Positions 29,769 to 40,714 of a DNA stretch of 64,000 bases are shown in pieces; the stretch's first letter is position 1; each line of letters opens with the position of its first letter. Origin of the DNA: Candidatus Multivoradales bacterium (GTDB taxonomy: Bacteria > Acidobacteriota > Thermoanaerobaculia > Multivoradales > JAHEKO01). The stretch is taken from the NCBI GenBank assembly GCA_965223155.1, contig CBDCVR010000014.1:1088001-1152000 (forward strand), in the 5' to 3' direction. The notes beneath the pieces were generated by a model. It saw only the letters and a list, made by a program, of their open reading frames with translations, made no database searches and was not told the DNA's origin. Both the position numbers and the translations under genes were made by a program.

Positions 29769-31178
29769 ATGAGACTTCTCCGAACGAATTCCCATTCACG
29801 GCCTCGGGGCTTGGCTCTGCTGGCCGCCGGGATCCTGGCGGCCGCCGCGCTCGGCGCCTCCTGCGCGCGCGAGGGCGAGGCCGCACCCCGGCAGGAAACC
29901 GAGTGGCTCCGTTCGTACCTGCAGATCGACACCACGAATCCTCCGGGTAACGAAGCCGAGGCAGCCGCGCTGTTGCGGGAAATCCTGCATCGAGAGGGCG
30001 TGACGACGCAGCTTCTGGTCTCTCCGGCGGGACGCACCAGTCTCTATGCCCGGATCGACGCCCCCGGATCGCCAGCGTCGGAGACCCTGCTCCTGACCCA
30101 TCACATAGACGTTGTCGCCCCGGGTCCGGGCTGGGAGGTGGATCCGTTCGCCGCGACCGTTCGCGACGGCGCCATCTGGGGGCGGGGCGCGGTGGACGTC
30201 AAGAGCCTCGGAATCGCCCAGCTAGCCGCGCTCTTGGCCGCCAAGCGCGCGAGCCGTCTCGAGCGCAACGTGGCCTTTCTGGCCGTGGCCGACGAGGAGG
30301 CCGGCGGCGGCGAAGGCACCCGGTGGCTTCTCGACCGGCACCCGGAGCTCTTCAAGGATGTGACCGCGGTCCTGGGCGAGGGCGGCGCCAACCGCGCCAT
30401 CGAAGGCCGCATCTTCTGGTGGGGCATCGAGGTCGCACAGAAGCGGCCGCTCTGGCTGGAGGCTACGGCGTACGGACGCTCCGGGCACGGTTCGATGTAC
30501 TACCCGGGGAGCGCGCCCCATCAGCTCACCCTCGCCCTCGCGCGGCTTCTGGAATCAACCCGGCCCTACCGGGCGACGAGCGAGGCCCGTGCCTACATGG
30601 AAGCGGTCGCGCCGTACCAACCGGTTCCTTTCCAGGCGATGGTCGCCGAGCTCGACACGGTGGTCGCCGCCGACAACGCCTACCAGCGCATGTTCCCGGG
30701 GACGGCCACCTACTTCGCCGACTCGCTCCAGGTCAACGTCCTGTCGGCCGGCGAGCGCATCAATTCGGTGCCGGGAAGCGCCAGCGCCCGCATCGACATC
30801 CGGCTTCTGCCGGACACCGACAGCGCCGAGTTTCTGGATTTCGCAAGGACCGCTTTGGGCGAGCAGGTCCAGGTTGAGGTACTGCTCGACGGTCCCCGGG
30901 TCGAGGCCTCGCCTACCGACAACTCGGTCTTCCGCTGTCTCGAGACCTCCCTCGGACCGCGCCCGGTGGTACCGGCCTTTATTCCCGGCATCACCGATTC
31001 TCGCTTCTACCGCGGCCAAGGCATCCCGGCCTATGGCTTCTCACCCTTCGCGCTCGACGCCACCGAGACTCTCGGCATCCACGGCAAGAACGAGCGCATC
31101 TCGATCGAAGCCTTTCTTGCCGGGGTCGACGTCTACGTCCGCGTCGTCCTGGGTTGCGCCGGTGCCTCCGGATCGTAG
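29769..31178 (+). CDS. M20-family metallopeptidase, probable lipoprotein
   Basis: Lipobox-like LGASC; DTTNPPGNE, HHIDVV, WGRGAVDVK, ADEEAGG, GEGG, GHGS, IHGKNER. Confidence 0.92.
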   Translation: MRLLRTNSHSRPRGLALLAAGILAAAALGASCAREGEAAPRQETEWLRSYLQIDTTNPPGNEAEAAALLREILHREGVTTQLLVSPAGRTSLYARIDAPGSPASETLLLTHHIDVVAPGPGWEVDPFAATVRDGAIWGRGAVDVKSLGIAQLAALLAAKRASRLERNVAFLAVADEEAGGGEGTRWLLDRHPELFKDVTAVLGEGGANRAIEGRIFWWGIEVAQKRPLWLEATAYGRSGHGSMYYPGSAPHQLTLALARLLESTRPYRATSEARAYMEAVAPYQPVPFQAMVAELDTVVAADNAYQRMFPGTATYFADSLQVNVLSAGERINSVPGSASARIDIRLLPDTDSAEFLDFARTALGEQVQVEVLLDGPRVEASPTDNSVFRCLETSLGPRPVVPAFIPGITDSRFYRGQGIPAYGFSPFALDATETLGIHGKNERISIEAFLAGVDVYVRVVLGCAGASGS

Positions 31179-31187
31179 AATCGTTCC

Positions 31188-31958
31188 GTGCCTGACTGGG
31201 TACTGATTCCCTATGTGGCGGTCTTCGGGGCCATCCTCGGCAGCTTCCTGAACGTCGTCGTCCACCGGCTACCGCGAGGTGTCTCGACGGTTACTCCCCG
31301 CTCGGCGTGTCCCTTTTGCGGAGCTCCGATTCGTGCCCGGGACAATATCCCGATCGTGAGCTGGCTCCTGCTACGCGGCCGCTGCCGCGCCTGCTCGGCA
31401 CCGATTTCCGTCCGCTATCCCTTGATCGAGCTTGCCACCGGCGGGCTCTTCGTCGCCTGTCTGCTCCGCTTCGGACTGACATGGAGAGGGGCCGTGGCGG
31501 CGCTCTTTTGCGCGCTGCTGCTGGTCCTGGCCCTGATCGATTTCGATCATTTCCTGCTGCCGGACAAGATCACCCTGCCGGGCTTGCTGGCCGGACTCGC
31601 GCTTCAGCCGGTCCACCGCTTCGCCGGCTTGACCGATAGTCTCCTAGGGGTGGTCACGGGCGCGGGCGCGCTCATCCTCCTCATCAACTTCTGGTACTGG
31701 CTGCGCGGCGAGGAAGGCATGGGCCTCGGCGACGTCAACATGCTGGCCATGATCGGCGCCTTTCTGGGTTGGCAGGGAGCCGCCGTCACCCTGGCATCCG
31801 CGACTCTCTTGGGGACGATCTTCGGACTCGCCATGGTGGCGCTGTCCCGCCTCGGAGGCCGCTCCCGGCTGCCCTTCGGCGTCTTTCTCGCTGCCGGCGC
31901 CATGGTCGCGCTCTTCTGGGGGGACGACCTCGTGCGCTCGTACCTTTCCCTCCTGTGA
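31188..31958 (+). CDS. pilD: Prepilin peptidase/N-methyltransferase
   Basis: GSFLNVVVHRLP, CPFC...CRAC, IDFDHFLLPD, GMGLGD, PFGVFL. Confidence 0.95.
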   Translation: MPDWVLIPYVAVFGAILGSFLNVVVHRLPRGVSTVTPRSACPFCGAPIRARDNIPIVSWLLLRGRCRACSAPISVRYPLIELATGGLFVACLLRFGLTWRGAVAALFCALLLVLALIDFDHFLLPDKITLPGLLAGLALQPVHRFAGLTDSLLGVVTGAGALILLINFWYWLRGEEGMGLGDVNMLAMIGAFLGWQGAAVTLASATLLGTIFGLAMVALSRLGGRSRLPFGVFLAAGAMVALFWGDDLVRSYLSLL

Positions 31959-31968
31959 GCCCGGGCCG

Positions 31969-33693
31969 GTGAGCTCCGCGGCGCGCGGCCTGCGCCTCGG
32001 CCTTCGCCGGGAAGTGGCGTTGGTTCTGCCGCTCGTCTTGCTCTTGCTGGTGGTCCTCTCCACCTGGTCGGTTCTCGCCTACCGCTCCGGACTCCAGCGG
32101 CTGGCCGAGGACGAACGCGAGCGATCCCGCCGGCTGGGCACGGCTCTCGCCGAGGGCATCGCGGCATCCCGGATCCAGACCGCGGCCGAACTGCGCGAGC
32201 GGCTACCGGGTTCCCGAAGACTCGCCGTGCTCGAGATCGACGGCGGCGTCGTTCGGGACTGGGGAACGGTTCCGGCCGGCGATCCCCTACCCGGCTTCGG
32301 CCGGGAGACGGTCCGGCGTCCGGTGGTTCGGGGACCGGATACCAACGAGCTCGCCATCGAGGTCCTGGCGCCGACCCTCTTCGAGGGCCGCCGCCGCTAC
32401 CTCTACTTCGAAGAGCCCGCGGCCGAGCTCGCGCGCCAGCTGCGCTCCGCGCGCCTGCTGCTGGCGTTGGTCTTGCCCATCAATCTGGCCCTGTCGGTGC
32501 TCGTCCTCCTCTTCCGGCGGCACATCCTGGCCCCGTACGACGCACTCCTGGCCCGAGCCCGCAGAGTGGACACAACGACCGAGGAAGGAGACGATGAGGT
32601 CTCTTACCTCATCGCTTCCTTCGAGCGAGCTCTGGGCGCGCTCGATCGAGACCTCCCCGAGGGCGGCGCGCTCGAAACCCTGCAAACGACCCTCGGACCC
32701 AATCTCGAGAGCGGCATGCTGCTCCTTGGCCGCGGCGGCGAAGTCCTGGCCCTCAACGAGTTCGGAGCCCGGATTCTCGAATGCGACGTCCCGGAGCCAG
32801 AAACCGGGCTGGCCGCTTTGCTGGCCGGACATCCGGAGCTCTTGACTATGCTGCGAAGCGCGGTCGAAGCGGGCGAGGTGCTGCAACGCAAGAAGCTCTT
32901 CATCGAGCGAGCGCAAGACCGGATCGAGCTCGGGCTCTCGCTCCACCCGCTACGCCGTGACGATGGGAGGGTCCGGGGCTTTCTGGTGCTCTTCGCCGAT
33001 CTCACCGAGACCCGCCGCGAGGACGAGCGCGAGCGCCTGTCGGCGAGTCTGGCCCAGGTAGGCGAGCTGGCCGCCGGAGTCGCCCACGAGATGCGCAACA
33101 GCCTGTCCACCTTCCGCGGCTATCTGACGCTGATCGACCGGGCACCGGATGAAGAGTCGATCGCCGATTACCTGTCCGAAATTCACCGCGAGACCGAGCA
33201 TCTGGAGCGAGTCCTTGAGGACTTCCTGTCCTTTGCCCGCCCCGGTAGCACCCGCGTCGAGTCTCTGAATCTCAACACGGTTCTGCGCCGAGCTTCCATC
33301 GACCCCGCGCTCTCCGCCGGCGCGGTAACCCTCGAGTCGGACAGTCCCATGACCGTGCGCGGAGACGCTCAGCTCCTCGAGCGAGCGTTCCGGAACCTGC
33401 TCAAGAACGCAGACCAGGCCCAGCGCGCGGCCGGCGCCGAGCAACCGGTCCGGGTCGTCGCGGCCGCCGAAGGCGGGGCGGCACGGATCGACATCCTGGA
33501 CCGGGGAGGCGGCATCCCCGAAGCCATCCGGGACCGGCTCTTCGAGCCCTTCGTCACCGGCCGAGCGGACGGTGTCGGACTGGGCCTGTCGCTGGCGCGC
33601 AGAATTCTCGATCTTCACGGCGGCACACTCGAGCTCGAACCTCGTGATGGAGGCGGCACCCGCGCGATCGTAACCCTGCCGCTTACCGACTAG
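31969..33693 (+). CDS. Membrane sensor histidine kinase with PAS domain (PilS-like)
   Basis: 2 TMs, AHEMRNSL H-box, NLLKNA, DRGGGI, FEPF, GVGLGL. Confidence 0.92.
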   Translation: MSSAARGLRLGLRREVALVLPLVLLLLVVLSTWSVLAYRSGLQRLAEDERERSRRLGTALAEGIAASRIQTAAELRERLPGSRRLAVLEIDGGVVRDWGTVPAGDPLPGFGRETVRRPVVRGPDTNELAIEVLAPTLFEGRRRYLYFEEPAAELARQLRSARLLLALVLPINLALSVLVLLFRRHILAPYDALLARARRVDTTTEEGDDEVSYLIASFERALGALDRDLPEGGALETLQTTLGPNLESGMLLLGRGGEVLALNEFGARILECDVPEPETGLAALLAGHPELLTMLRSAVEAGEVLQRKKLFIERAQDRIELGLSLHPLRRDDGRVRGFLVLFADLTETRREDERERLSASLAQVGELAAGVAHEMRNSLSTFRGYLTLIDRAPDEESIADYLSEIHRETEHLERVLEDFLSFARPGSTRVESLNLNTVLRRASIDPALSAGAVTLESDSPMTVRGDAQLLERAFRNLLKNADQAQRAAGAEQPVRVVAAAEGGAARIDILDRGGGIPEAIRDRLFEPFVTGRADGVGLGLSLARRILDLHGGTLELEPRDGGGTRAIVTLPLTD

Positions 33694-33730
33694 GCCCTCT
33701 CCCACGCCAGCGTCGCCAGTGCCGCGACGA

Positions 33731-35076
<1,346 letters not shown>

Positions 35077-35080
<4 letters not shown>

Positions 35081-36450
35081 GACCGCTCCTGATCCAGCCG
35101 GGTGCGCGCGGCCTCGACCGTCTCCGCCAGCGTCTCGTCATCGGCTGGATCGACGGTGCGAAGATCCAGAATGAGACTCCCCTTGGACACGAAACCCACC
35201 ACCGGGGGCGTTGCCTGGCGCAGCTCGGCGGCGAGATCCGCCCCGTCCCCGAGCGCCAGCGCCTCGCCCGGAATCGGTGCATCGGGCGCCGAGCCACCGC
35301 CGAGATAGGCGTCACTCGACACGGTTTCGGCGGCCAGGCGCTCGGCCAAGCGCTCCAGGCGGCGCCGGTGCTCGCCGGGATCCGGCCAGAGCCGCTCGAC
35401 CGGTAGCGGCCGACCGGCCAGGTGCTCGCGCAGAACCGCTTCCAGGCATGCAAACCCAGCGCGGTCCGGGCGGACGGCGCGGTAGACGGGATGCCGGTGG
35501 CAGGCTTCGACCAGCTCGCCCCGGCCCACGATCAAACCCGCCTGCGGGCCGCCCAGGAGCTTGTCGCCGCTGCCGCACGCGAGATCGACACCGGACGCCA
35601 TGAGATCGGCGAGGCTGGGGTGGCCGCGCAGCTGAGGCGCCCGATGCGGCCGCACCAAGCCGCTGCCCTCGTCGACCACGACCGGCAGGCCGTGCTCCCC
35701 GCCCAGCTCCACCAGCTCGCGCGGCGCAACCGTGGCCACGTAGCCGGACTGCCGGTAGTTTGACGGAAAGACCTTGAGCAGCAGGGCTGTTCGCTCTGTG
35801 ATTGCCGCCTCATAGTCTTCCGGGCGCGTCCGGTTGGTGGTCCCGACCTCGATCAAGCTGGCGCCGGCCGCCGCCATGATGTCCGGAATCCTGAAGGAGC
35901 CGCCGATCTCGACCAGCTCCCCCCGGGAGACGACGACCTCACGGCCGGCAGCGAACGCCTGCAAGATGAGAAACAAGGCCGCGGCGTTGTTGTTGACGAC
36001 CAGCGCGGCCTCCGCCCCGGTCAGCGCTTCCAGCAGGCGAGCGGCCCGCCGGTTGCGGTCGGTACGGGTTCCTTCCTCGAGCGAAAGCTCGAGATCGCAG
36101 TAGGCGTCGAGCAACGACGGCAGCCTGGCGGCCACCGCGCGCGCCAGCGGGGCCCGGCCCAGATTGGTATGGAGGAAGATGCCGGTGGCGTTCAGGACTC
36201 GCTGCAGCGGCCGGCCGACCTCGGCAGCCAAAGCCGCGTCCACCCGCTCGGCCAGGCCGGCCAGCTCGGCGTCTGGATCGACGCCAGCGTCGGCGGCCAT
36301 CCGCTCTCGCAGCCGATCGAGCTCCTTGCCGACTTGGACGCGGACCAGAGCCCTTCCGTATAATTCCTGAAGGCCTTCGAACCGGTCCGAGGCCAGCAGG
36401 CGATCCACCGGGGGGATCCGGCGGTAGTTTTCCGATCGGGCCGTAGACAT
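35077..36450 (-). CDS. selA: L-seryl-tRNA(Sec) selenium transferase
   Basis: VLNATGIFLHTNLGRAPL, VVNNNAAA, SRGELVEIGGSFRIP, EVGTTNRT, SGDKLLGGPQAG. Confidence 0.95.
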
Positions 36451-36472
36451 GCAACCTCGATTCTAGAGAACC

Positions 36473-37015
36473 GTGAGCTTGGACCGCCAAATTGCCTCCA
36501 TCCAGGAGGACATGCGGCTCTTGAAAATCGAGTTCGACCGTTTCTTGGCCGGCAGCGCCCGCGTCCCCCCGGAGGAGGCTCGAGCCCGCATCGCCCATCG
36601 GATCCGCGAACTCAAGCGCCAGAAGATTCGCTCCTTCGCTGAACGCTTCCGGCTCAACACACTCGAGGCCAGCTTCAGCACCCTCAATGACTTGCACGCC
36701 CGGCGCCTGCGCGAGCTCGAGCAGGGCAAGATCGTTCGCGGCAGAGCCGCCCCCACCGCCGGTAATGAAGACACCCGGACCGACTTCACCGTCACGTCGG
36801 CTTCGGACACCGATGCCATCCAAGCGCTCTACCGGAAGCTCTACGGCAGCGACGGCCGGCAGAAGAAGGCCGATTTCGGCACCTTCGAACAGCACGTCGG
36901 CCGGCAGATCGAGCGCCTGCAGAAGAAGACCGGCTGCCGCAAGGTCCAACTCCGGGTAGCCTCGGAGGCGGGCAAGCTCAAACTCAAAGCCAAACCGATC
37001 CACGCGGAGACCTGA
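36473..37015 (+). CDS. Hypothetical protein (resembles MXAN_5187 C-terminal domain family)
   Basis: LKIEFDRFLAG...PP, RFRLNTL, C-terminal C..V.LRV...GK.KLKA pattern. Confidence 0.6.
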   Translation: MSLDRQIASIQEDMRLLKIEFDRFLAGSARVPPEEARARIAHRIRELKRQKIRSFAERFRLNTLEASFSTLNDLHARRLRELEQGKIVRGRAAPTAGNEDTRTDFTVTSASDTDAIQALYRKLYGSDGRQKKADFGTFEQHVGRQIERLQKKTGCRKVQLRVASEAGKLKLKAKPIHAET

Positions 37016-37017
37016 CC

Positions 37018-37803
37018 ATGACCCGATCCTTCCTGATCTCACTGTGCGCGGCGCTTGTCGCAATAGCCGCCGCGCCGGCGCGCGCCGACGAGGAACCGCT
37101 GCCACCGGACTTCCAGCGAGCGATCGCGGCCCAGAGCCGGCTGATCGAGCGCAACCCGGGATCGGCAAGTCTCCACAACGACTTGGGCAACCTCTATTTC
37201 TTGAGCGACCACCTGAAAGCGGCCGAAGAAGCCTACGAGGCCGCGCTCAAGATCGATCCCGACCTGGTCTCGGCCCGCTACAACCTGGGACTGCTGCTGG
37301 CTCAGACCGATCGGCGCCGGCGCGCCGCCAGGGCGTTTCGTACCGTCCTCAAGGCCGAACGCGATCATGCCTGGGCTCACTACGAGCTAGGAGTGGTCCG
37401 GGCCGCGCGCGGGCGGCGTACCAAGGCAATCCGAAGCCTGGCCCGCGCCCTTCGGCTCGACTGGCATCTCACCGACCCCGCCTTCAATCCGCACATCGTC
37501 GACAACTCTTTGGCTTCGAGCGCGATCCTGATGGCCTACTCCGATCTTTCGCCGGCCGCGCTCGCCCCGAGGACCTACGAGAATCCGGAACGGATCCGCC
37601 GGCTCCTGGTGCCGACGGCGGTACCGGAAGCTTCGCCTGAGGCGTCCCCGAGTACCGAACCTGTGGGCCAGACCCCCGCTGAGCCTTTGTTGTCCGGGGA
37701 AGACGAGACCGTTCTCCCCGAGGCCGAACCGCCGGCGAAGCAGCCGCAGGCGCGTCCGGGCAGGCGCGGCCGCAAGCGGGATGGCCGCTCTCCGAACGGC
37801 TAG
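37018..37803 (+). CDS. Exported TPR protein
   Basis: Signal peptide A-R-A; TPR motifs HNDLGNLY, RYNLGLLL, HYELGVV. Confidence 0.85.
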   Translation: MTRSFLISLCAALVAIAAAPARADEEPLPPDFQRAIAAQSRLIERNPGSASLHNDLGNLYFLSDHLKAAEEAYEAALKIDPDLVSARYNLGLLLAQTDRRRRAARAFRTVLKAERDHAWAHYELGVVRAARGRRTKAIRSLARALRLDWHLTDPAFNPHIVDNSLASSAILMAYSDLSPAALAPRTYENPERIRRLLVPTAVPEASPEASPSTEPVGQTPAEPLLSGEDETVLPEAEPPAKQPQARPGRRGRKRDGRSPNG

Positions 37804-37835
37804 CGGTGCTCGGGCCGGCCGCTCGGGCCGGCGGC

Positions 37836-39242
37836 TCAGGCCGGCTCGAGGGCGATGCCCTGAGCCACCACTGTTGGCGCACCCAGCATCGAGCTCGCCG
37901 GCACCAGCGTCAGATCCCGGCCCACCGCCGCGATTCCCCGCCAGAGGCTCGAGATCTTGCCGCTCAGCACGGCGCCCGTGACCGGCCGCTCGGCGCGGCC
38001 TCCGCGCACCGCAAAGCCGCCCACGCCGAGCCGGAACTGGTCCGCGTCCAGATCGAACCAGCCTCCATCCTGAGTCTCCACCAGGTAGTAGCCTCGGGCC
38101 AGACCCGCGACCAGCGCGGCCGGCGGTTGGCCCCGATCCGGTCGCAGATACAGGTGCGACGGCCCCGGCAGGGGAAGGTCTCGGTAACTGGGCCGCCGCA
38201 TCGTTCCCCAGCGTGGACCCGAGTCCTCCCGGATCGGCGGCGCCAGGGTTCCCACGAGGAAGCCGTCTTCGACCAGAACCGTCCGACCCGTGGCAAGACC
38301 CTCGCCATCGATTTCCGAGGCGAACGCTCCCTGCGGTAGGGCGCCGTCGTCCTCGATCGCGACGCAGCTCGAGCCGATCCGGATCCGGTCCGAGCCGCCG
38401 GAAGCACGGGAGCCACTAGAGCCACCCGAGCTACCCGAGCTACCCGAGCCAGCGCCTCCTGCCCCGTAGCTCTCGAAGCAGCGATCGGGCTCGGGCGACA
38501 CGAACGCCGGCACCAGGGACGCCAGCAGGCGGGCGGCCACCGCGGGCGCCAGCACGAGCTCGGCCCGATCTGGCTCGGGTACCATGCCGCTGACCCGAAT
38601 GTGGATCCGGTCCACGAGACGGCGCACCAACGAGACCGGATTGAAATCGCGCAGAGAGCGCGCCGCCGCAAGTTCGCGCACCAGAGTGTCGCCTTGCCCG
38701 ACTTCCAGCCGAAGCTGTGCCAACCGGTGTCTTCCCGAGGCCGCGATCCCTTCGGTGCTGACGATCTCCGAACGGCTCTCGCCGTCTTCCACCGCGGCTC
38801 GCAGCAGGCGCGCCTGCGGCAGCTCCCGAGCGAGCTCTCGGGCGATCGCTTCGAGCAGCGCCCGGGCTTCGTGCTCCACCGCCACCGGCACGTCGAATCC
38901 CTGCGGCGGTCCGCCCCCGCGGCTCCGCTCCCGATCGCCAACCGGCGCCGGCATCGCCGCAGGCAGGACCAGGGGATAGCCGTCCGCCGCCGGCCACTGC
39001 CGCTGCGAGCGCTCCGGCCTCAGAGCCCCGGCCGCACAGCAAAACAACGAAGCGCTACCGCTCGAGGCCCGAACCGCCCAGCCCTCTTCCCGATGAAGCC
39101 CCGCGACCATTCCCCCCGGCCCCAAGTCGCAGCGGCGGGTCCTGCCCGTCTTGCGGTAGAGCTCCACCTGATGCAACCCCTGAGGGGCGAGAGCCTCGAC
39201 CACTTTCGCCAGGAGCTCCCGCCCCGCCTCGGCACCGCTCAC
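37836..39242 (-). CDS. PmbA/TldE family protein
   Basis: DGEG motif, LVEDG.L.G, GGFAVRGG...PV, C-terminal GAPTVV; no HExxH; coupled to tldD by GTGA. Confidence 0.8.
   Translation of the reverse strand: MSGAEAGRELLAKVVEALAPQGLHQVELYRKTGRTRRCDLGPGGMVAGLHREEGWAVRASSGSASLFCCAAGALRPERSQRQWPAADGYPLVLPAAMPAPVGDRERSRGGGPPQGFDVPVAVEHEARALLEAIARELARELPQARLLRAAVEDGESRSEIVSTEGIAASGRHRLAQLRLEVGQGDTLVRELAAARSLRDFNPVSLVRRLVDRIHIRVSGMVPEPDRAELVLAPAVAARLLASLVPAFVSPEPDRCFESYGAGGAGSGSSGSSGGSSGSRASGGSDRIRIGSSCVAIEDDGALPQGAFASEIDGEGLATGRTVLVEDGFLVGTLAPPIREDSGPRWGTMRRPSYRDLPLPGPSHLYLRPDRGQPPAALVAGLARGYYLVETQDGGWFDLDADQFRLGVGGFAVRGGRAERPVTGAVLSGKISSLWRGIAAVGRDLTLVPASSMLGAPTVVAQGIALEPA
38410..38454. repeat. 9-bp degenerate tandem repeat (GAGCYACCC-like)x5, Gly/Ser linker insertion
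   Basis: gagccacta gagccaccc gagctaccc gagctaccc gagccagcg. Confidence 0.8.
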
Positions 39243-40630
39243 GCTCGACCCCTTCCTTGCGCTCCGCGTGGCGGTTTCACGGCCACGCCGTCGAGCACCA
39301 AAGCAGGACAGGTGGCCCAGACCGGCAGCAGGTGGCCGTCCTTGGCACACCACCCCGCTCCCGCGAACTCGGCCTCGGCGGCCACGGCCGCGACCGAGCT
39401 CAGCACCTCGGCGAGGTTGCCCTCGATGCGGCAGGCGCCGACGTAGCCGCCGAGCTCACCGTCCACGACTTCGCGGCCGTAGGGAGCTTCCAGGATCAGT
39501 GTTCCGCGTACCGCGTCCAGCCGGCCGCGCGAAACTTCCGGAAGGTAGAGGTCGGGGCCGGCCGCGAGGAGCTCCGCGGTACTGGCCGTGCCCGGGACGA
39601 GCTCCAGGTGGGTCGAGCGCGGAGCCGGCGGCAAGTGGCGCGAGCCGCGTCGCCCCGAACCCGCTTGCAGTTGGTCGAAGCGTGCCGCCGCGAACCGATC
39701 CGCCAGCGGGTCGGCGACCACGCCCTCGCGCAGAAGCCATCGGCTGCGCACCGGAAACCCCTCATCGTCGCTTGATCGGGCAATCGAGTCCGGACCCGCC
39801 CCCGGATTGTCCAGGACGCTCAGCTGGTCGCTGCCCAGAGGAATCCCGATCGCCGCGTCGGGGCGGCCGGTGAGGGCCAGCGTGTCCGCCTCCAGGGCGT
39901 GCGCGACCGCCTCATGCAGAAAGACCGCGGCGGCGGCTGCCCCGAGCACCACCTGCTTCGGTCCCGGTGACGGGCTCGCCGCCTCTCGCGCCCGGTAGCG
40001 CGCCAGGACGGCGCCGGAAGCCGCGGCCACGGCCGCGTCCGAGAGCTCGGTCTCGAGCCGGCCGAGCCGGCCCCAAGGCGTATCGATCTCGACGGCATAG
40101 AACGTCTGTGTCTCCGCGTTCGACACCAGGCGCTCGCCGACGACTCGCACCGTCCGCCGCAGATGCCGAACCCGAACCCGAAATCGCAAGGAGGCATGGC
40201 GCTGGCGCAAGGCCCGCCGAAGGCGCGCCGGAAACTCCGCCATCTCGGTCATCTCAGCCATCTGAGCCATCTGAGCCATCTGAGCCGTGGCGGACGCCGA
40301 ACCAACGTCATCCGTGGGCGCGGCGGGCATCAGATCCGGAACCCTGTAGGGAGCGTCCGGTGACGTGCGCGCGACGTCGCGCAGCACGCGTTCCAGGCCT
40401 TTCGCGGACAGGTCGTCGCTGGTCGCCAGGTACGTGGTCTCGTCCCGGACCAACCGTGCGGCAAAGCCCGCGTCGCGGCGCTCAATGACCCCGGGGCCGG
40501 GCTCGTCCGGGCGCAGCTCGGTCGAGACCCGGTCCTCGAAGAAGAGTTCGACGACCTCGGCCCGCCCGCCGCCGATCTGCGCCAGGCAGCGCCCCAGAGA
40601 CGCCGCGTCCGTCTCGGAGAACCACACCAA
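39239..40630 (-). CDS. tldD: TldD family metalloprotease
   Basis: HEAVAHALEAD zinc motif, DDEG, C-terminal WCAKDG..LPV...CP. Confidence 0.85.
   Translation of the reverse strand: MVWFSETDAASLGRCLAQIGGGRAEVVELFFEDRVSTELRPDEPGPGVIERRDAGFAARLVRDETTYLATSDDLSAKGLERVLRDVARTSPDAPYRVPDLMPAAPTDDVGSASATAQMAQMAQMAEMTEMAEFPARLRRALRQRHASLRFRVRVRHLRRTVRVVGERLVSNAETQTFYAVEIDTPWGRLGRLETELSDAAVAAASGAVLARYRAREAASPSPGPKQVVLGAAAAAVFLHEAVAHALEADTLALTGRPDAAIGIPLGSDQLSVLDNPGAGPDSIARSSDDEGFPVRSRWLLREGVVADPLADRFAAARFDQLQAGSGRRGSRHLPPAPRSTHLELVPGTASTAELLAAGPDLYLPEVSRGRLDAVRGTLILEAPYGREVVDGELGGYVGACRIEGNLAEVLSSVAAVAAEAEFAGAGWCAKDGHLLPVWATCPALVLDGVAVKPPRGAQGRGRA
40241..40286. repeat. 9-bp tandem repeat (CATCTGAGC)x3 plus 2 degenerate copies
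   Basis: Read directly; encodes AQMAQMAQMAEMTEM in TldD. Confidence 0.88.
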
Positions 40631-40666
40631 AAAATTGTTTCACAGGGTGTCCGCCGGCGCTTCCGG

Positions 40667-40680
40667 GGGTAGTGGTACGT
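40667..40680 (+). repeat. Left inverted repeat of cassette
   Basis: GGGTAGTGGTACGT. Confidence 0.85.
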
Positions 40681-40714
40681 TTTCAGCTTCGCACCAGATA
40701 AGATTCCGGTCGGC

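Noticed and set aside
37836-40630. TldD/PmbA as part of a RiPP cluster
   Set aside because: No precursor peptide, YcaO or other maturation enzymes in the window
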